Positions 8,293-17,736 of a stretch of 42,039 nt of DNA are shown here, piece after piece. The stretch comes from an uncultured Candidatus Saccharibacteria bacterium (GTDB lineage: Bacteria; Patescibacteriota; Minisyncoccia; Phycocordibacterales; Phycocordibacteraceae). A program made the translations under genes and the position numbers. The stretch lies in contig CAYSUL010000001.1 of NCBI GenBank assembly GCA_964434255.1, positions 269,683-311,721 of the forward strand, given 5' to 3'. The notes under the pieces are model-generated. The model did no database searches, was not told where the DNA came from, and saw nothing but the letters and a program-made list of their open reading frames with translations. Every line of letters begins with the position of its first letter. Within the stretch, counting starts at the first letter, position 1.

Positions 8293-9228
8293 TTAATACG
8301 TGTAGAGGTCTACCGTTTTCCCGTTCGCATCGAGCAGCTTCACCGCCTCCCGATCCGGCTTCCACAAGTCGCCGCTGCGCTCGAGATAGATGCGCCAATC
8401 CTGGCTCTTGAAGCCCGCTTCCTGCTGATGCGCCGCGACGCAGCCGTTGTAGTCGAGATAGTCATCGATGAATTCCTCGCACCTGCCGGTCAGGTTCGGT
8501 GTGTCGGTAGGGGAGACGCATTGCGAAATAGTCTGGACGAACTGGTAGCAGGAATCGTCCGCGAGCTTGTTCCCGTCGTAGAAGCGGTCGAACTCCTGCA
8601 TAGGCGAAGGGCAGCTACCGCTCAGCGAAGGATAGAACGCCTGCCGCTTCGAGAAATAGCCGACGCACATGTTCTCGCGGAACGAGACGCCGGTGGGCGC
8701 TTCGCCCGTAAGGACGATGGCGCGGTCACCCGGCTGGAGCGTGATGGGTCCGGTGGAATTAACTCCTGTTTTCGGTGTTTCGGTACCGTTCGGTATTGTT
8801 CCGGATTTGTAGGTGGCATCGCTGCGCAATCGCCACCCGCTTATCGTGAGCGGTCCCGTCGCGCTGCTCGACATCTGGAGGGTGACGTATTCATCATCCG
8901 GTCCCGTGCCGCTCGATACGCTCGTGATGGTTATCTGGCCCCGGTACGGCGACGGGTCGCCGAATGCCTTCACTTTATCCGCGTCGCCCGAGAAGATGCT
9001 CCCTATTCCTTGGATGCTCTGCTGGCCGCCGAATAGACCCGCGCCCCCGGTCGGATTCCCGCCGAACCACTGCTCCGCGTCGTATCCGAACTGTGTCTGG
9101 CCGGTATCAGTTATCGGGGTGATGTACGGTCCCGAGAAGGAAATGGGTTTCGTCGGGCCGCCCGAGACGAACCACAGGAGAAAGAAGAAGATGATGACCG
9201 TCGTGAAGAGGATACCGTCGCTTCCCAT
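8293..9228 (-). CDS. hypothetical membrane-anchored protein with a lamin-tail-like beta domain and a Cys-rich insert
   Basis: N-terminal TM helix. EYVTLQ...ISGWRL and LW....EAVKLLDANGKTVD resemble lamin tail domain motifs. Confidence 0.65.
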   Translation of the reverse strand: MGSDGILFTTVIIFFFLLWFVSGGPTKPISFSGPYITPITDTGQTQFGYDAEQWFGGNPTGGAGLFGGQQSIQGIGSIFSGDADKVKAFGDPSPYRGQITITSVSSGTGPDDEYVTLQMSSSATGPLTISGWRLRSDATYKSGTIPNGTETPKTGVNSTGPITLQPGDRAIVLTGEAPTGVSFRENMCVGYFSKRQAFYPSLSGSCPSPMQEFDRFYDGNKLADDSCYQFVQTISQCVSPTDTPNLTGRCEEFIDDYLDYNGCVAAHQQEAGFKSQDWRIYLERSGDLWKPDREAVKLLDANGKTVDLYTY

Positions 9229-9230
9229 AG

Positions 9231-10502
9231 CTACATACTACCAGGGGTACCCTTGAGCTTCCGAAGTTCTTCCCGCACGACTTCCGCATCGCTCCACGGA
9301 GTCTTCGTGCCGTTCGCTCCCATGATGTATGGGTCGGTTCCTTTCCCGGTTACGAGAACGGCGTCGCCGGTGCGAGCGAGCGAGAGCGCAGCCCTGATGG
9401 CCTCGCGCCTGTCCATAATTATCTTCGGCGCGCGCTTCATGCCGGCTGCCATAGCATCAACGATAGCTGTGGGGTCCTCGTCGTATGGGTCCTCGTTCGT
9501 GAGGATGACCTCGTCGCACTCTTGGTCTGCGATTGCGCCCATGGAAGGACGCTTCCACGTGTCGCGTCCGCCACCCGTGTTTCCGAGTACGCATATCTTC
9601 CGGCTCGGGTATGCCGCATAGAGGGCAGCAAGGGAGTCAGGGGTGTGCGCATAGTCGACAATTGCGTGGAAATCCTGGCCTTCCTCGATGCGCTCGGTGC
9701 GTCCCGGAATGCGTTCGAGTTTGGCGAGCGCATCTGCGATACCTGAGAGCGGGACACCCAAGAAGCGTGCTGCGCGTATGACTGCGAGCGCGTTCATGAT
9801 GGAGAAGCTGCCCGGCAGATGCATATCGAAATGAGTGTCGTCCACGGAGAAGGAGACGCTGCCGGGATGAAGTACGACATCGGTCGCATCGGCGTACGAG
9901 AACGGAAGTACATTCTCGAGCGGAAGCGCGAGATACGGAGCGCTGTGTTCGTTATCTGCGTTCGCGATGATGGCGCGCGGGCGCTTCGGGGAACTGAGGA
10001 GCTCCTTCGCGATGGAAAGCTTCGCGCTCGCGTACCGCTCGAACGAGCCATGCGACTCGATGTGCTCTTTCTGGAGGTTGGTGAACACGAGCGCGTTCGG
10101 GTACAGGAAGAGATGGCGGTATTGGAGCGTCGCTTCGGACGTTACCTCTATCACCGCATGCGTCGCCCCTTTCGCCACCGCTTCGGCGAGGAACGCCTGG
10201 ATGAACCCGCGTCCGGGCATCGTCATCTTATAAAGGTTCGGACGCGTCTCATCGTTTATCGCGAAGCGTATCGTGCCTGCGACCGCGGCCTTGATGCCTG
10301 CATGGCGCAATGTCGCGAAGAGCATCTCGGTCACGGAAGACTTTCCCTTGGTGCCGGTGACGAGGATGACCGTCAGCTTTTTCGCAGGGAACCCATAGCG
10401 TAGCGCAGCCGCGCAGGTGATGAGGAAGTGGTAGGGACGCACGATCGCTCTATAGAGCTGGCGGGGAACAAGGGCTTCTATGAATCGTTTCAGCGCGCCC
10501 AT
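9231..10502 (-). CDS. murE: UDP-N-acetylmuramoyl-dipeptide amino acid ligase MurE
   Basis: VTGTKGKSS, IEVTSE, FTNLQKEHIESHG, IPGRTE, VDYAHTPDSL, GGGRD..KRP.MG, DRREAI, VTGKG. Confidence 0.93.
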   Translation of the reverse strand: MGALKRFIEALVPRQLYRAIVRPYHFLITCAAALRYGFPAKKLTVILVTGTKGKSSVTEMLFATLRHAGIKAAVAGTIRFAINDETRPNLYKMTMPGRGFIQAFLAEAVAKGATHAVIEVTSEATLQYRHLFLYPNALVFTNLQKEHIESHGSFERYASAKLSIAKELLSSPKRPRAIIANADNEHSAPYLALPLENVLPFSYADATDVVLHPGSVSFSVDDTHFDMHLPGSFSIMNALAVIRAARFLGVPLSGIADALAKLERIPGRTERIEEGQDFHAIVDYAHTPDSLAALYAAYPSRKICVLGNTGGGRDTWKRPSMGAIADQECDEVILTNEDPYDEDPTAIVDAMAAGMKRAPKIIMDRREAIRAALSLARTGDAVLVTGKGTDPYIMGANGTKTPWSDAEVVREELRKLKGTPGSM

Positions 10503-10504
10503 AG

Positions 10505-11056
10505 CTAGCGTGAGGCGGAAGTGAGCGCTGCCTTGAGGCGTGCGTCCTTGCCGGTGACGCTTGCGGGCAGGGAAGAGAGCGTCTTGCGGGCTTCACGTTC
10601 GGTGTACCCGAGCGCGACGAGTGTATCGAAGACTTCCGCATCATCGTCGCCATGCACCGCCTTCGCGCCTATCTTCTCCGACAGCTCGATGGCGAACTTC
10701 TCCGCCGCCTTCTTCGAGAGGCCGATGACGCGCGTGAGGTACGTGATATCGCGTGACCCTATCGCGCCTTCGAGCGCCTCGCGCGGCGCCTTGCGCAGTA
10801 TGCCCATCGCAGTCTTGGGTCCGACTCCGGGCACGGTGACTAGGAGCTCGAAGAAGTGCCTGTCCTCCTCGGTCGGGAAGCCGTAGAGGTCTATACCGTC
10901 TTGCTTGATACCCAGATGGGTCTTCAGACGGACCTGCGTACCTTGGGTAAGGAGGAGGGGATTGGCGAGGAATACGAATACGCCCCATCCGGACACATCG
11001 ATGACCGCACCAGCTGCTTCTATAGAGAGGACTACGCCTTTTATCTCCCGGATCAT
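10505..11056 (-). CDS. ruvA: Holliday junction branch migration protein RuvA
   Basis: MI..IKG, IDVSGWG, LYGF, VPGVGPKTA, LVALGYTEREA. Confidence 0.95.
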   Translation of the reverse strand: MIREIKGVVLSIEAAGAVIDVSGWGVFVFLANPLLLTQGTQVRLKTHLGIKQDGIDLYGFPTEEDRHFFELLVTVPGVGPKTAMGILRKAPREALEGAIGSRDITYLTRVIGLSKKAAEKFAIELSEKIGAKAVHGDDDAEVFDTLVALGYTEREARKTLSSLPASVTGKDARLKAALTSASR

Positions 11057-11154
11057 GCGTCTATCGTACCACTCCTCGCAAAAGACAGGGTTGAGGCGGC
11101 CTCGTCCTCCCGGAACTTGTCTTTAAAGGGCTTCGATAGTAGTATTCCGGACAC

Positions 11155-11418
11155 ATGGCAATCACGAAATCAGCTAAGAAAGCGCACCGCGCCTCCCTCC
11201 GGAAGCACGTATTCAACGTGCGCAGGAAGCGTGCGCTCGTGGACACGACCAAAGTCGTCCGCAAGCTCATCACGACCGACACCAAGGAAGCGGAGAAGTC
11301 CCTCTCGGCGGCATACAAGGCCATCGATAAGGCGGCTAAGACCGGCGTCATCAAGAAGAACGCAGCCTCCCGGAAGAAGTCGAGGCTCGCCAAAGCGATA
11401 GCGCGGGCGAAGGCCTAA
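11155..11418 (+). CDS. rpsT: 30S ribosomal protein S20
   Basis: MAITKSAKKA, AIDKAAKTGVIKKNAASRKKSRL. Confidence 0.97.
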   Translation: MAITKSAKKAHRASLRKHVFNVRRKRALVDTTKVVRKLITTDTKEAEKSLSAAYKAIDKAAKTGVIKKNAASRKKSRLAKAIARAKA

Positions 11419-11449
11419 AGAAAAGAGCCCCGAGAGGGGCTCTTTTCTT
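11418..11449. terminator. bidirectional terminator
   Basis: AAGAAAAGAGCCCC-GAGA-GGGGCTCTTTTCTT. Confidence 0.8.
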
Positions 11450-11454
11450 ATATC

Positions 11455-11529
11455 TGGTGCTCCCAGCAGGAATCGAACCTGCATTTCTTCCTTCGGAGGG
11501 AAGTGTCCTATCCATTGAACGACGAGAGC
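11455..11529 (-). tRNA. tRNA-Arg(CCG)
   Basis: Anticodon arm CTTCC-CT-CCG-AA-GGAAG, T-arm GCAGG-TTCGATT-CCTGC, ends ACCA. Confidence 0.95.
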
Positions 11530-11563
11530 GTCGACTGGACTATATCATTCTGCCCACACGTTG

Positions 11564-11635
11564 TGCTCCTGGTTGGAATCGAACCAACATTACATCCTCC
11601 GCAAGGATGCGTCCTATCCATTGAACGACAGGAGC
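11564..11635 (-). tRNA. tRNA-Arg(GCG)
   Basis: Anticodon arm CATCC-TT-GCG-GA-GGATG, acceptor stem GCTCCTG/CAGGAGC. D-arm identical to the adjacent tRNA-Arg(CCG). Confidence 0.92.
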
Positions 11636-11681
11636 GATACGCCTGACTCTATCGTTTCGGGCGGTTGTCCGCAAGAAGATG

Positions 11682-12155
11682 CTACAGGCGGAGCATGTCG
11701 ACGAAACGATCGACGACCGACTCATCATGGCGACCTTCCTCGACATGCTCGAGGAAGAAGGCGTATATCTCGACCGGATCGTACCCTTCGATAGGGATGA
11801 GGAGGTGGGGAGCGAGGAAATGCTTCGTCTTTATGGAAAGCGAAGGAGGAAGTGACTCGTCGGCGTACTCGAGCACCGAGAAGGAGAGCATGTCCTCGAA
11901 CAGGTAGAGGCGATCATCGATAGCGAGGCCGCGGTCGTATATCGCGAAATGGTGCGTGCGCGGATGCTTCGCGGCTTGGAGCGCAGCTGCGGAAGCCGCA
12001 GCAGCAACAAGAAGCGCGAGGATGATGTTATTGAAGAGGATGCAGGCGATTATCGCTGCGACCGCGATGATACCGAGCGCCCAGTACCAATCGGCGCCTT
12101 TTTCTTCGAACGCGTATTCCGTTCCTTCCCAATCGTAGAGTGGCGGGCGAGGCAT
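11682..12155 (-). CDS. hypothetical membrane protein (two TM helices plus a small soluble domain)
   Basis: WEGTEY..EEK..DWYW, two hydrophobic helices, then a short beta-rich domain. Genome-typical codon usage. Confidence 0.75.
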   Translation of the reverse strand: MPRPPLYDWEGTEYAFEEKGADWYWALGIIAVAAIIACILFNNIILALLVAAAASAAALQAAKHPRTHHFAIYDRGLAIDDRLYLFEDMLSFSVLEYADESLPPSLSIKTKHFLAPHLLIPIEGYDPVEIYAFFLEHVEEGRHDESVVDRFVDMLRL

Positions 12156-12213
12156 GGTATGCGCTCATGATATCACTCGAACGTATGTGAAGTATTGGCT
12201 GCGCACAAATTAG

Positions 12214-12298
12214 CGGAGGAGGTGAGATTCGAACTCACGGTACCTTGCGGCACTCCTGTTTTCAAGACAGGTGCGATAGACCACTCTGCCACTCCTCC
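12214..12298 (-). tRNA. tRNA-Ser(TGA)
   Basis: GGAGGAG acceptor stem, CCTGT-CT-TGA-AA-ACAGG, long variable arm, G discriminator. Confidence 0.95.
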
Positions 12299-12349
12299 GA
12301 GAACCTACATTCTATAGCACAGAGGCAGTCAGGCGTGTAGGATGCGGAT

Positions 12350-12751
12350 ATGCGCTACCTCGGCATCGACTACGGCACCAAGCGGATAGGGCTCGCGCTC
12401 TCGGACGACGCAGGCACCATGGGCTTCCCGCACAGCATTATGGGGAACGATGGCCGAACGCTGGGTGGAGTCGTGAACCTCATCCAGAAGGAGAAGGTGG
12501 AAGCCATCGTGGTAGGGGAGTCCCGCTCATTCGCCGGCACCGACAACCCAGTCGCCAAGGATGCGCGCGCGTTCGCGGAATCGCTTACCGAGCGTACCGG
12601 CGTCCCCGTCTTCTACGAGCCCGAGACGTTCACCACCCAAGAGGCCCGCAGGGATTTCGAGGGCGTCCATATCCGCAAGAGCGGTAACGTGGACTCCTCG
12701 GCAGCAGCGCTCATACTTACCAGCTACCTTTCCCATACGAACCATGGATAA
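12350..12751 (+). CDS. yqgF: YqgF/RuvX family RNase H-like nuclease
   Basis: YLGIDYGTKRIGLALSD, IVVG, EPETFTTQEA, VDSSAAALILTSYL. Confidence 0.92.
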   Translation: MRYLGIDYGTKRIGLALSDDAGTMGFPHSIMGNDGRTLGGVVNLIQKEKVEAIVVGESRSFAGTDNPVAKDARAFAESLTERTGVPVFYEPETFTTQEARRDFEGVHIRKSGNVDSSAAALILTSYLSHTNHG

Positions 12752-13082
12752 GCCACGCATTTCCATAGATGATTTCTCGAAGATAGAAGTGAAGGTCGGT
12801 ACCGTCATATCGGCCGAGCGCGTTCCTGAGACCGACAAGCTGCTGCGTCTCATGGTCGAGTTCGGGGAAGAGGCGCCACGCCAGATAGTGTCAGGCATAA
12901 ACGCGTACGTTTCCGAACCCGAGACGCTCATCGGCCGCCAGCTTTCCTTCGTGACGAACCTCGAACCACGTACCATCAAGGGACTCGAGAGCAACGGCAT
13001 GCTCTTCGCTGCAGGAGAAGGGGACACGTTCGCGTTCATGGTCCCTGATAGGCAGGTGCCGCCCGGAACGGGTACTCACTAA
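12744..13082 (+). CDS. stand-alone tRNA-binding OB-fold protein (Trbp111/CsaA/MetG C-terminal-like)
   Basis: ISIDDFSKIEVKVGTV..AE.VP..DKLLRL.VEFG...RQIVSGI, NLEPR...GLESNGML. Confidence 0.88.
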   Translation: MDKPRISIDDFSKIEVKVGTVISAERVPETDKLLRLMVEFGEEAPRQIVSGINAYVSEPETLIGRQLSFVTNLEPRTIKGLESNGMLFAAGEGDTFAFMVPDRQVPPGTGTH

Positions 13083-13119
13083 CCGCGCGTGCGAGCATGT
13101 GCGGTATAATTTTCGGAGC

Positions 13120-14211
13120 ATGGCGCTCAACGATTCTCTCAAACGGTTCATGCGCGTCGAATTCGCCGCGCCCAGGTACCTTGCACCGCTTTCTGCGGGC
13201 ATCGACATCTCCGCGAGCGGGATAAAGCTCGCGGTGATAAGCGAAAAGCTCGACGGCCTCGAGCTCACCGACTTCGGCGACGGTCGCCTCGAACTCGGCG
13301 CGATGAACGGTGGCGAGATAGCCGACCGCGCGGCGGTCGTGAACGCGATACGTACGCTCGCGAAGGAGCACCACGTTCGGTATGCACACATCGCACTCTC
13401 CGAATCAAGAAGCTACCTCTTCGAAGCGGACGTACCAGGCACCAAGAAGAGCGAGTGGCGTGCGGCGGTCGAGGCTCATATCGATGAATACGTGCCGCTC
13501 CCTCCAGCAGAGACGCTCTTCGATATCGCGCCCACCGATACGAAGGGAGAGCTCACGCATGTGGTAGGCATCGCGTACGCGAACCGCCTCATCGATGAGT
13601 CGCTCTCAGTGCTCGATGAGGCGAAGGTGGGAGTGTCAGCGGTGGAGAGCGAGACATTCTCGCTCCCACGCGCCCTTCTTCCGGTGGGGGACACGGATAC
13701 CGTCCTCATCATCGATCTGGGTCGCACGACCACCAAGCTCGTCATCGTGGAGAAGCGCATCCCGCGCTTTGCGACCACGCTCGATATCGGCGGGCATGCG
13801 CTCACACTCGCGGTCCAGAAGTATTTCAATGTAACGGAAGAGGAAGCGAAGCGGGTGAAGGCCGAGCGCGGGCTCATGGGAGGCGAGGGCAATGAGGAGT
13901 ACCTCGCCGCGATGCTCACCACGGTTTCCGTCATCCGCGACGAGATAGCGCGACGCCTTCAGTACTGGCAAGCCAGAGCCGGAGGGGAAGGGGGCCATAC
14001 ACCGGTCACACGCGCGATACTCGTGGGCGGCAACGCGACCGTGCGTGGCCTTGCGGAATACCTCGAGACGAATCTCGGGCTCCCGGTCGAGCTCGGTGAC
14101 GTGTTCACGAACCTGGCGTCCCGCGATGCGTGGCTGCCTCCCATCGACTATATGGAATCCCTCGCCTATGCGACCGCCATAGGGCTCGCGCTTCGTACCT
14201 ATGCAAACTGA
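13120..14211 (+). CDS. pilM: type IV pilus assembly protein PilM
   Basis: GIDISASGIKL, IIDLGRTTTKL, IGGHALT, ILVGGNA, YATAIGLALR (actin-like ATPase fold). Confidence 0.9.
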   Translation: MALNDSLKRFMRVEFAAPRYLAPLSAGIDISASGIKLAVISEKLDGLELTDFGDGRLELGAMNGGEIADRAAVVNAIRTLAKEHHVRYAHIALSESRSYLFEADVPGTKKSEWRAAVEAHIDEYVPLPPAETLFDIAPTDTKGELTHVVGIAYANRLIDESLSVLDEAKVGVSAVESETFSLPRALLPVGDTDTVLIIDLGRTTTKLVIVEKRIPRFATTLDIGGHALTLAVQKYFNVTEEEAKRVKAERGLMGGEGNEEYLAAMLTTVSVIRDEIARRLQYWQARAGGEGGHTPVTRAILVGGNATVRGLAEYLETNLGLPVELGDVFTNLASRDAWLPPIDYMESLAYATAIGLALRTYAN

Positions 14212-14761
14212 CCTCACCAACCTTCTTCCGCGCGATAGGAAGCACGGCCTCGTACGGGATTACATCTTCCGTATAGTCGTCGTTGCGATATGCCTGCTCG
14301 CGGCGCTCATCGTGGTGCACGGTGCGCTCCTCCTCCCGTCATATATCTACGTCGTCCAGCAAGCCTCTAGCCGTGCGGAGCAGCTCGCGACGCTGCAGAT
14401 AGCAGCGAGCGCGACCAGCGAGCAGGAGCTCAAGGGGCGCGTCGACGCGCTCAAGACCAAGGCGACGCAGCTGAAAGTCCTCGGCACCCAGGCAACCGCC
14501 ACAGGTGCGATAAAAGCAGTGCTCGCCGTGCCACGCACAGGTATCAATATCCACGGATTCACGTTCACGCCGTCGGTCACGCTAGGAGCGAATCGCATGA
14601 CGCTCGTGGGCGTCGCGGTCAATCGTGATGCGCTTCGCCAGTACGTTCAAATCCTGGGTACGCTTCCGTTCGTCGCGAAGGCCGAACTTCCCATTTCTTC
14701 CTACGCAAAAGAACGCGATATCGCGTTCACCGTTACCCTCACCGGAACACTTCTGCCATGA
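14201..14761 (+). CDS. PilN-like pilus assembly protein
   Basis: NLLP motif, TM helix, coiled coil, C-terminal F.VTL. Overlaps the pilM stop. Confidence 0.72.
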   Translation: MQTDLTNLLPRDRKHGLVRDYIFRIVVVAICLLAALIVVHGALLLPSYIYVVQQASSRAEQLATLQIAASATSEQELKGRVDALKTKATQLKVLGTQATATGAIKAVLAVPRTGINIHGFTFTPSVTLGANRMTLVGVAVNRDALRQYVQILGTLPFVAKAELPISSYAKERDIAFTVTLTGTLLP

Positions 14762-15282
14762 CCCGCTCCCTCTCCCATCTCATAATATCCATCTCGCTCC
14801 TTGCGGGTGTGCTCGGGCTCTATGCCTTTTGGTACTACACGGTCGAGAAGGCGACGGGGCGTTCGGTCGCGCTCCAAGCGGAGATAGATAAGGTAATGCA
14901 CGATACTGTGGTCGCGGCCGAGACGAGCGACGCGCTCACCGCACTTGCGACCGATGAAGCTGCGATCAAGGGATATTCCATACCGCTCACCGATATCGTT
15001 CCGTTCCTTGAGCGCATCGAGGGCACGGGTAGGGAACTCGGGTCCTCAGCCGAAGTGGTCGCCGTGTCGGACAAGCCGGGCGCGGACGGACGCATCGTCA
15101 TCTCGCTTCGCATCCTCGGTTCGTTCGATGCGGTCATGCGCACGCTCGGTGCTATAGAATACGGTCCCTATGATAGTCGCATCGTGAACCTTACGCTCGA
15201 TAAGCCGCCGACTGCCGGAAGCGCGTGGACCGCATCGGCAAGCATTTCAGTAGCGGTTACCGAGGTACCAACCAAACCATGA
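14758..15282 (+). CDS. PilO-like pilus assembly protein
   Basis: TM helix, coiled coil, GSFDAVMRTLGAIE. ATGA-coupled to the PilN-like gene. Confidence 0.68.
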   Translation: MTRSLSHLIISISLLAGVLGLYAFWYYTVEKATGRSVALQAEIDKVMHDTVVAAETSDALTALATDEAAIKGYSIPLTDIVPFLERIEGTGRELGSSAEVVAVSDKPGADGRIVISLRILGSFDAVMRTLGAIEYGPYDSRIVNLTLDKPPTAGSAWTASASISVAVTEVPTKP

Positions 15283-15587
15283 ATATGAAACTCCATCTTC
15301 CGAAGAGCCTCGCGCTCCCACGATTCCCTCGGGGCGACCGCCGCCGCCCGATACGTGACTGGTTCACCCTGCTTACCATTGCTTTTGTCATCCTGCTCGC
15401 GAGCGTCGCTTGGAACGTATGGACATTCACGCGAGTGACGAGCGGACAATTAGTAGGAGGCACCCCTATCGAGACGCAGGCCCCTGATATCTCCGCGCTC
15501 GAAGCGGTGCAGGAGATATTCGCCTCACGCGCAGCTGAAGAAGCCCGCTACCGAGCGGAGTACCGTTTCGTTGACCCGAGCAAATAA
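15279..15587 (+). CDS. small membrane protein of the pilMNO operon
   Basis: ATGA-coupled to the previous gene, single TM helix, ends FVDPSK. Confidence 0.65.
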   Translation: MNMKLHLPKSLALPRFPRGDRRRPIRDWFTLLTIAFVILLASVAWNVWTFTRVTSGQLVGGTPIETQAPDISALEAVQEIFASRAAEEARYRAEYRFVDPSK

Positions 15588-15604
15588 GACGATAAGGTAA
15601 AGGA

Positions 15605-15676
15605 GCCCCGATAGCACAATGGATAGTGCAGCGGACTTCTAAGCCGTGGATGTTGGTTCGATTCCAGCTCGGGGCA
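15605..15676 (+). tRNA. tRNA-Arg(TCT)
   Basis: GCCCCGA...CT-TCT-AA...GTTGGTTCGATTCCAGC-TCGGGGC-A. Confidence 0.93.
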
Positions 15677-15687
15677 CAAGAGCGAAT

Positions 15688-15771
15688 GCCGAAGTGGTGA
15701 AATTGGTAAACACGCTACGTTCAGGTCGTAGTGCCCGTAAGGGCTTGGAGGTTCAAGTCCTCTCTTCGGCA
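15688..15771 (+). tRNA. tRNA-Leu(CAG)
   Basis: GCCGAAG acceptor stem, CTACG-TT-CAG-GT-CGTAG, long variable arm. Confidence 0.95.
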
Positions 15772-15774
15772 CAA

Positions 15775-15810
15775 TATGAAAAGCCGCAGCGTTTGCTGCG
15801 GCTTTTCATA
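15775..15810. terminator. bidirectional terminator between convergent tRNAs
   Basis: TATGAAAAGCCGCAGC-gttt-GCTGCGGCTTTTCATA. Confidence 0.75.
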
Positions 15811-15817
15811 ACTATAG

Positions 15818-15891
15818 TGCGCGATGAGGGACTCGAACCCCCGACCTTTCCGGTGTAAACGGATTGCTCTAACCAACTGAGCTAATCGCGC
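15818..15891 (-). tRNA. tRNA-Val(TAC)
   Basis: GCGCGAT-TAGCTCAGTTGGTTAGAGC...TT-TAC-AC...GGTTCGAGTCC...ATCGCGC-A. Confidence 0.95.
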
Positions 15892-15964
15892 GTACGGCTA
15901 CCTTATCGCACTTCACTCCCTTTTTGAAGTAACCCTCCCGCGGTAGGCTTGGTTCTTAACTCCT

Positions 15965-16240
15965 ATGGAACGCCTCGAAGCGATAGTGTCCGGCCGCGTT
16001 CAGCTCGTGATGTATAGGGACTTCGCGCAGCGCAAGGCGAGCGGCCTCAAGCTTGTGGGCGAAGTACAGAATCTTCCGGACGGGACAGTGCGCATTGTCG
16101 CGGAAGGACCACGCCCCATGCTCGAGCGGTACGTTCTCAAGCTCCGGAAGGGTTCGCTTCTCTCGAACGTAGAAGATGTCCACGTGAAGTGGCTACCAGC
16201 AACGGGCGAGTATAAGCATTTCGACATCAACTATGACTAA
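15965..16240 (+). CDS. acyP: acylphosphatase
   Basis: VSGRVQLVMYR, GEVQNLPDGTVRIVAEG. Confidence 0.9.
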   Translation: MERLEAIVSGRVQLVMYRDFAQRKASGLKLVGEVQNLPDGTVRIVAEGPRPMLERYVLKLRKGSLLSNVEDVHVKWLPATGEYKHFDINYD

Positions 16241-16913
16241 CGGGCCCAGATCAGTAGGTATCATCATGGACGGCAATCGTCGGTGGGCGAAAGAGCGCGG
16301 TCTCCCGACGCTTGAAGGTCATCGGAAGGGTCTTGATAAAGTGCGCGACGTGATCGAATGGGCCCGCGATGCTGGCGTCGACGAGGTCACGCTCTATGCA
16401 TTCTCGACGGAGAATTGGAACCGCACCGAGGAAGAGATTGGATATCTCATGGGACTGTTGGAGCTTGGGTTCCGTGAACACTTCGCTGAGGTCATCGAGG
16501 CAGGCGGCAGGCTCCGATTCATTGGGGAACGCGAGCGCATGTCAGAAAAGCTCCAAACACTCATGAACGAAGCGGAAGAGAAGAGCAAGAGCGGGACAAA
16601 AGGAACGCTCGTCGTCGCGCTTTCATACGGCGGACGTCCGGAGATACTCGCTGCCGTGAATACACTTCTTGCGTCGGGAGCGAAGCATGTCGACGAAGAA
16701 TCCTTCCGCGCTGCCATGTGGAGCGCTGGCACGCTCGATCCCGATCTCATCATTCGTACTGGGGGAGAGAAGCGGTTGTCTGGGTTCCTCACCTGGCAAT
16801 CGGTATACAGCGAGCTTTTCTTCATCGATACGAAGTGGCCGGATTTCAGTAAGGAAGAATTCGACAACATCATCAGCGACTACGCATCGAGGGAACGGCG
16901 CCTGGGTAAATAA
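16233..16913 (+). CDS. uppS: undecaprenyl diphosphate synthase
   Basis: IIMDGNRRWA, YAFSTENWNR, SYGGRPEI, DLIIRTGGEKRLSGFLTWQSVYSE. Confidence 0.96.
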   Translation: MTNGPRSVGIIMDGNRRWAKERGLPTLEGHRKGLDKVRDVIEWARDAGVDEVTLYAFSTENWNRTEEEIGYLMGLLELGFREHFAEVIEAGGRLRFIGERERMSEKLQTLMNEAEEKSKSGTKGTLVVALSYGGRPEILAAVNTLLASGAKHVDEESFRAAMWSAGTLDPDLIIRTGGEKRLSGFLTWQSVYSELFFIDTKWPDFSKEEFDNIISDYASRERRLGK

Positions 16914-16935
16914 CGAGTTGTGATAGGGTGGGGAA

Positions 16936-17685
16936 ATGAATGGCCTCGCGCTACCCATCATCTATGAAGACGCCGACATGGTCGCGGTCAATAAGCCTGC
17001 GGGCGTAATGACGCATCCGGACGGTCACTCGGAGGACGAGACGGCGAGCGACTGGTTCGCCAAGACATATCCTGACTCGAAGGAGGTGGGGGAGATGCAG
17101 CGGCTCAAGGACGGGACGGAGATAGCGCGTCCGGGCGTGGTACATCGCCTCGATAGGGAAACCTCGGGCGTGCTCGTCTTCGCGAAGACGCCTGAAGCTC
17201 ACGCGCACCTCAAGGCCACCTTCCAGGAGCATGAAGCGAAGAAGACGTATCTCGCCTTCGTGTACGGTGTGCCGAAGGAACGGAAGGGGACCATTGAGTT
17301 CGCGATCGGGCGGTCCCGCAAGGATTTCAGGCTCCGCTCCGCCCAGCCACGCGCTCGCGGCACCATGCGCGAGGCGCTCACCCGCTATGAGGTAGTGAGC
17401 GACATCGGTACCCACTCGCTGCTGAAAGTGATGCCCGAGACCGGCCGCACGCACCAGATACGTGTGCACCTGAAGGCTATCCATCATCCGGTAGTCGCTG
17501 ACCCGCTCTATGCCCCCAACAAGCCGAAGGACCTAGGGCTCGTCCGGCTCGGTCTCCATGCGTATTCGCTCGATATCCCGCTTCCGTCAGGCGGGCGGAA
17601 GCTCCTCTCCGCTCCGGTCCCTGAGGATATGCAGCAAGCATTCGCACGATTCCCGGACACCGCGGATTTCCAGGCCGTCGATTAG
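16936..17685 (+). CDS. RluA/RluD family RNA pseudouridine synthase
   Basis: VNKPAG, VHRLDRETSG, TGRTHQIRVH, LHAYSL. No S4 domain. Confidence 0.93.
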   Translation: MNGLALPIIYEDADMVAVNKPAGVMTHPDGHSEDETASDWFAKTYPDSKEVGEMQRLKDGTEIARPGVVHRLDRETSGVLVFAKTPEAHAHLKATFQEHEAKKTYLAFVYGVPKERKGTIEFAIGRSRKDFRLRSAQPRARGTMREALTRYEVVSDIGTHSLLKVMPETGRTHQIRVHLKAIHHPVVADPLYAPNKPKDLGLVRLGLHAYSLDIPLPSGGRKLLSAPVPEDMQQAFARFPDTADFQAVD

Positions 17686-17736
17686 GGGTCCTCGCCGTTT
17701 TGCTTTTATTTTGGGCCGTGTTACAGTACCCCGGTC

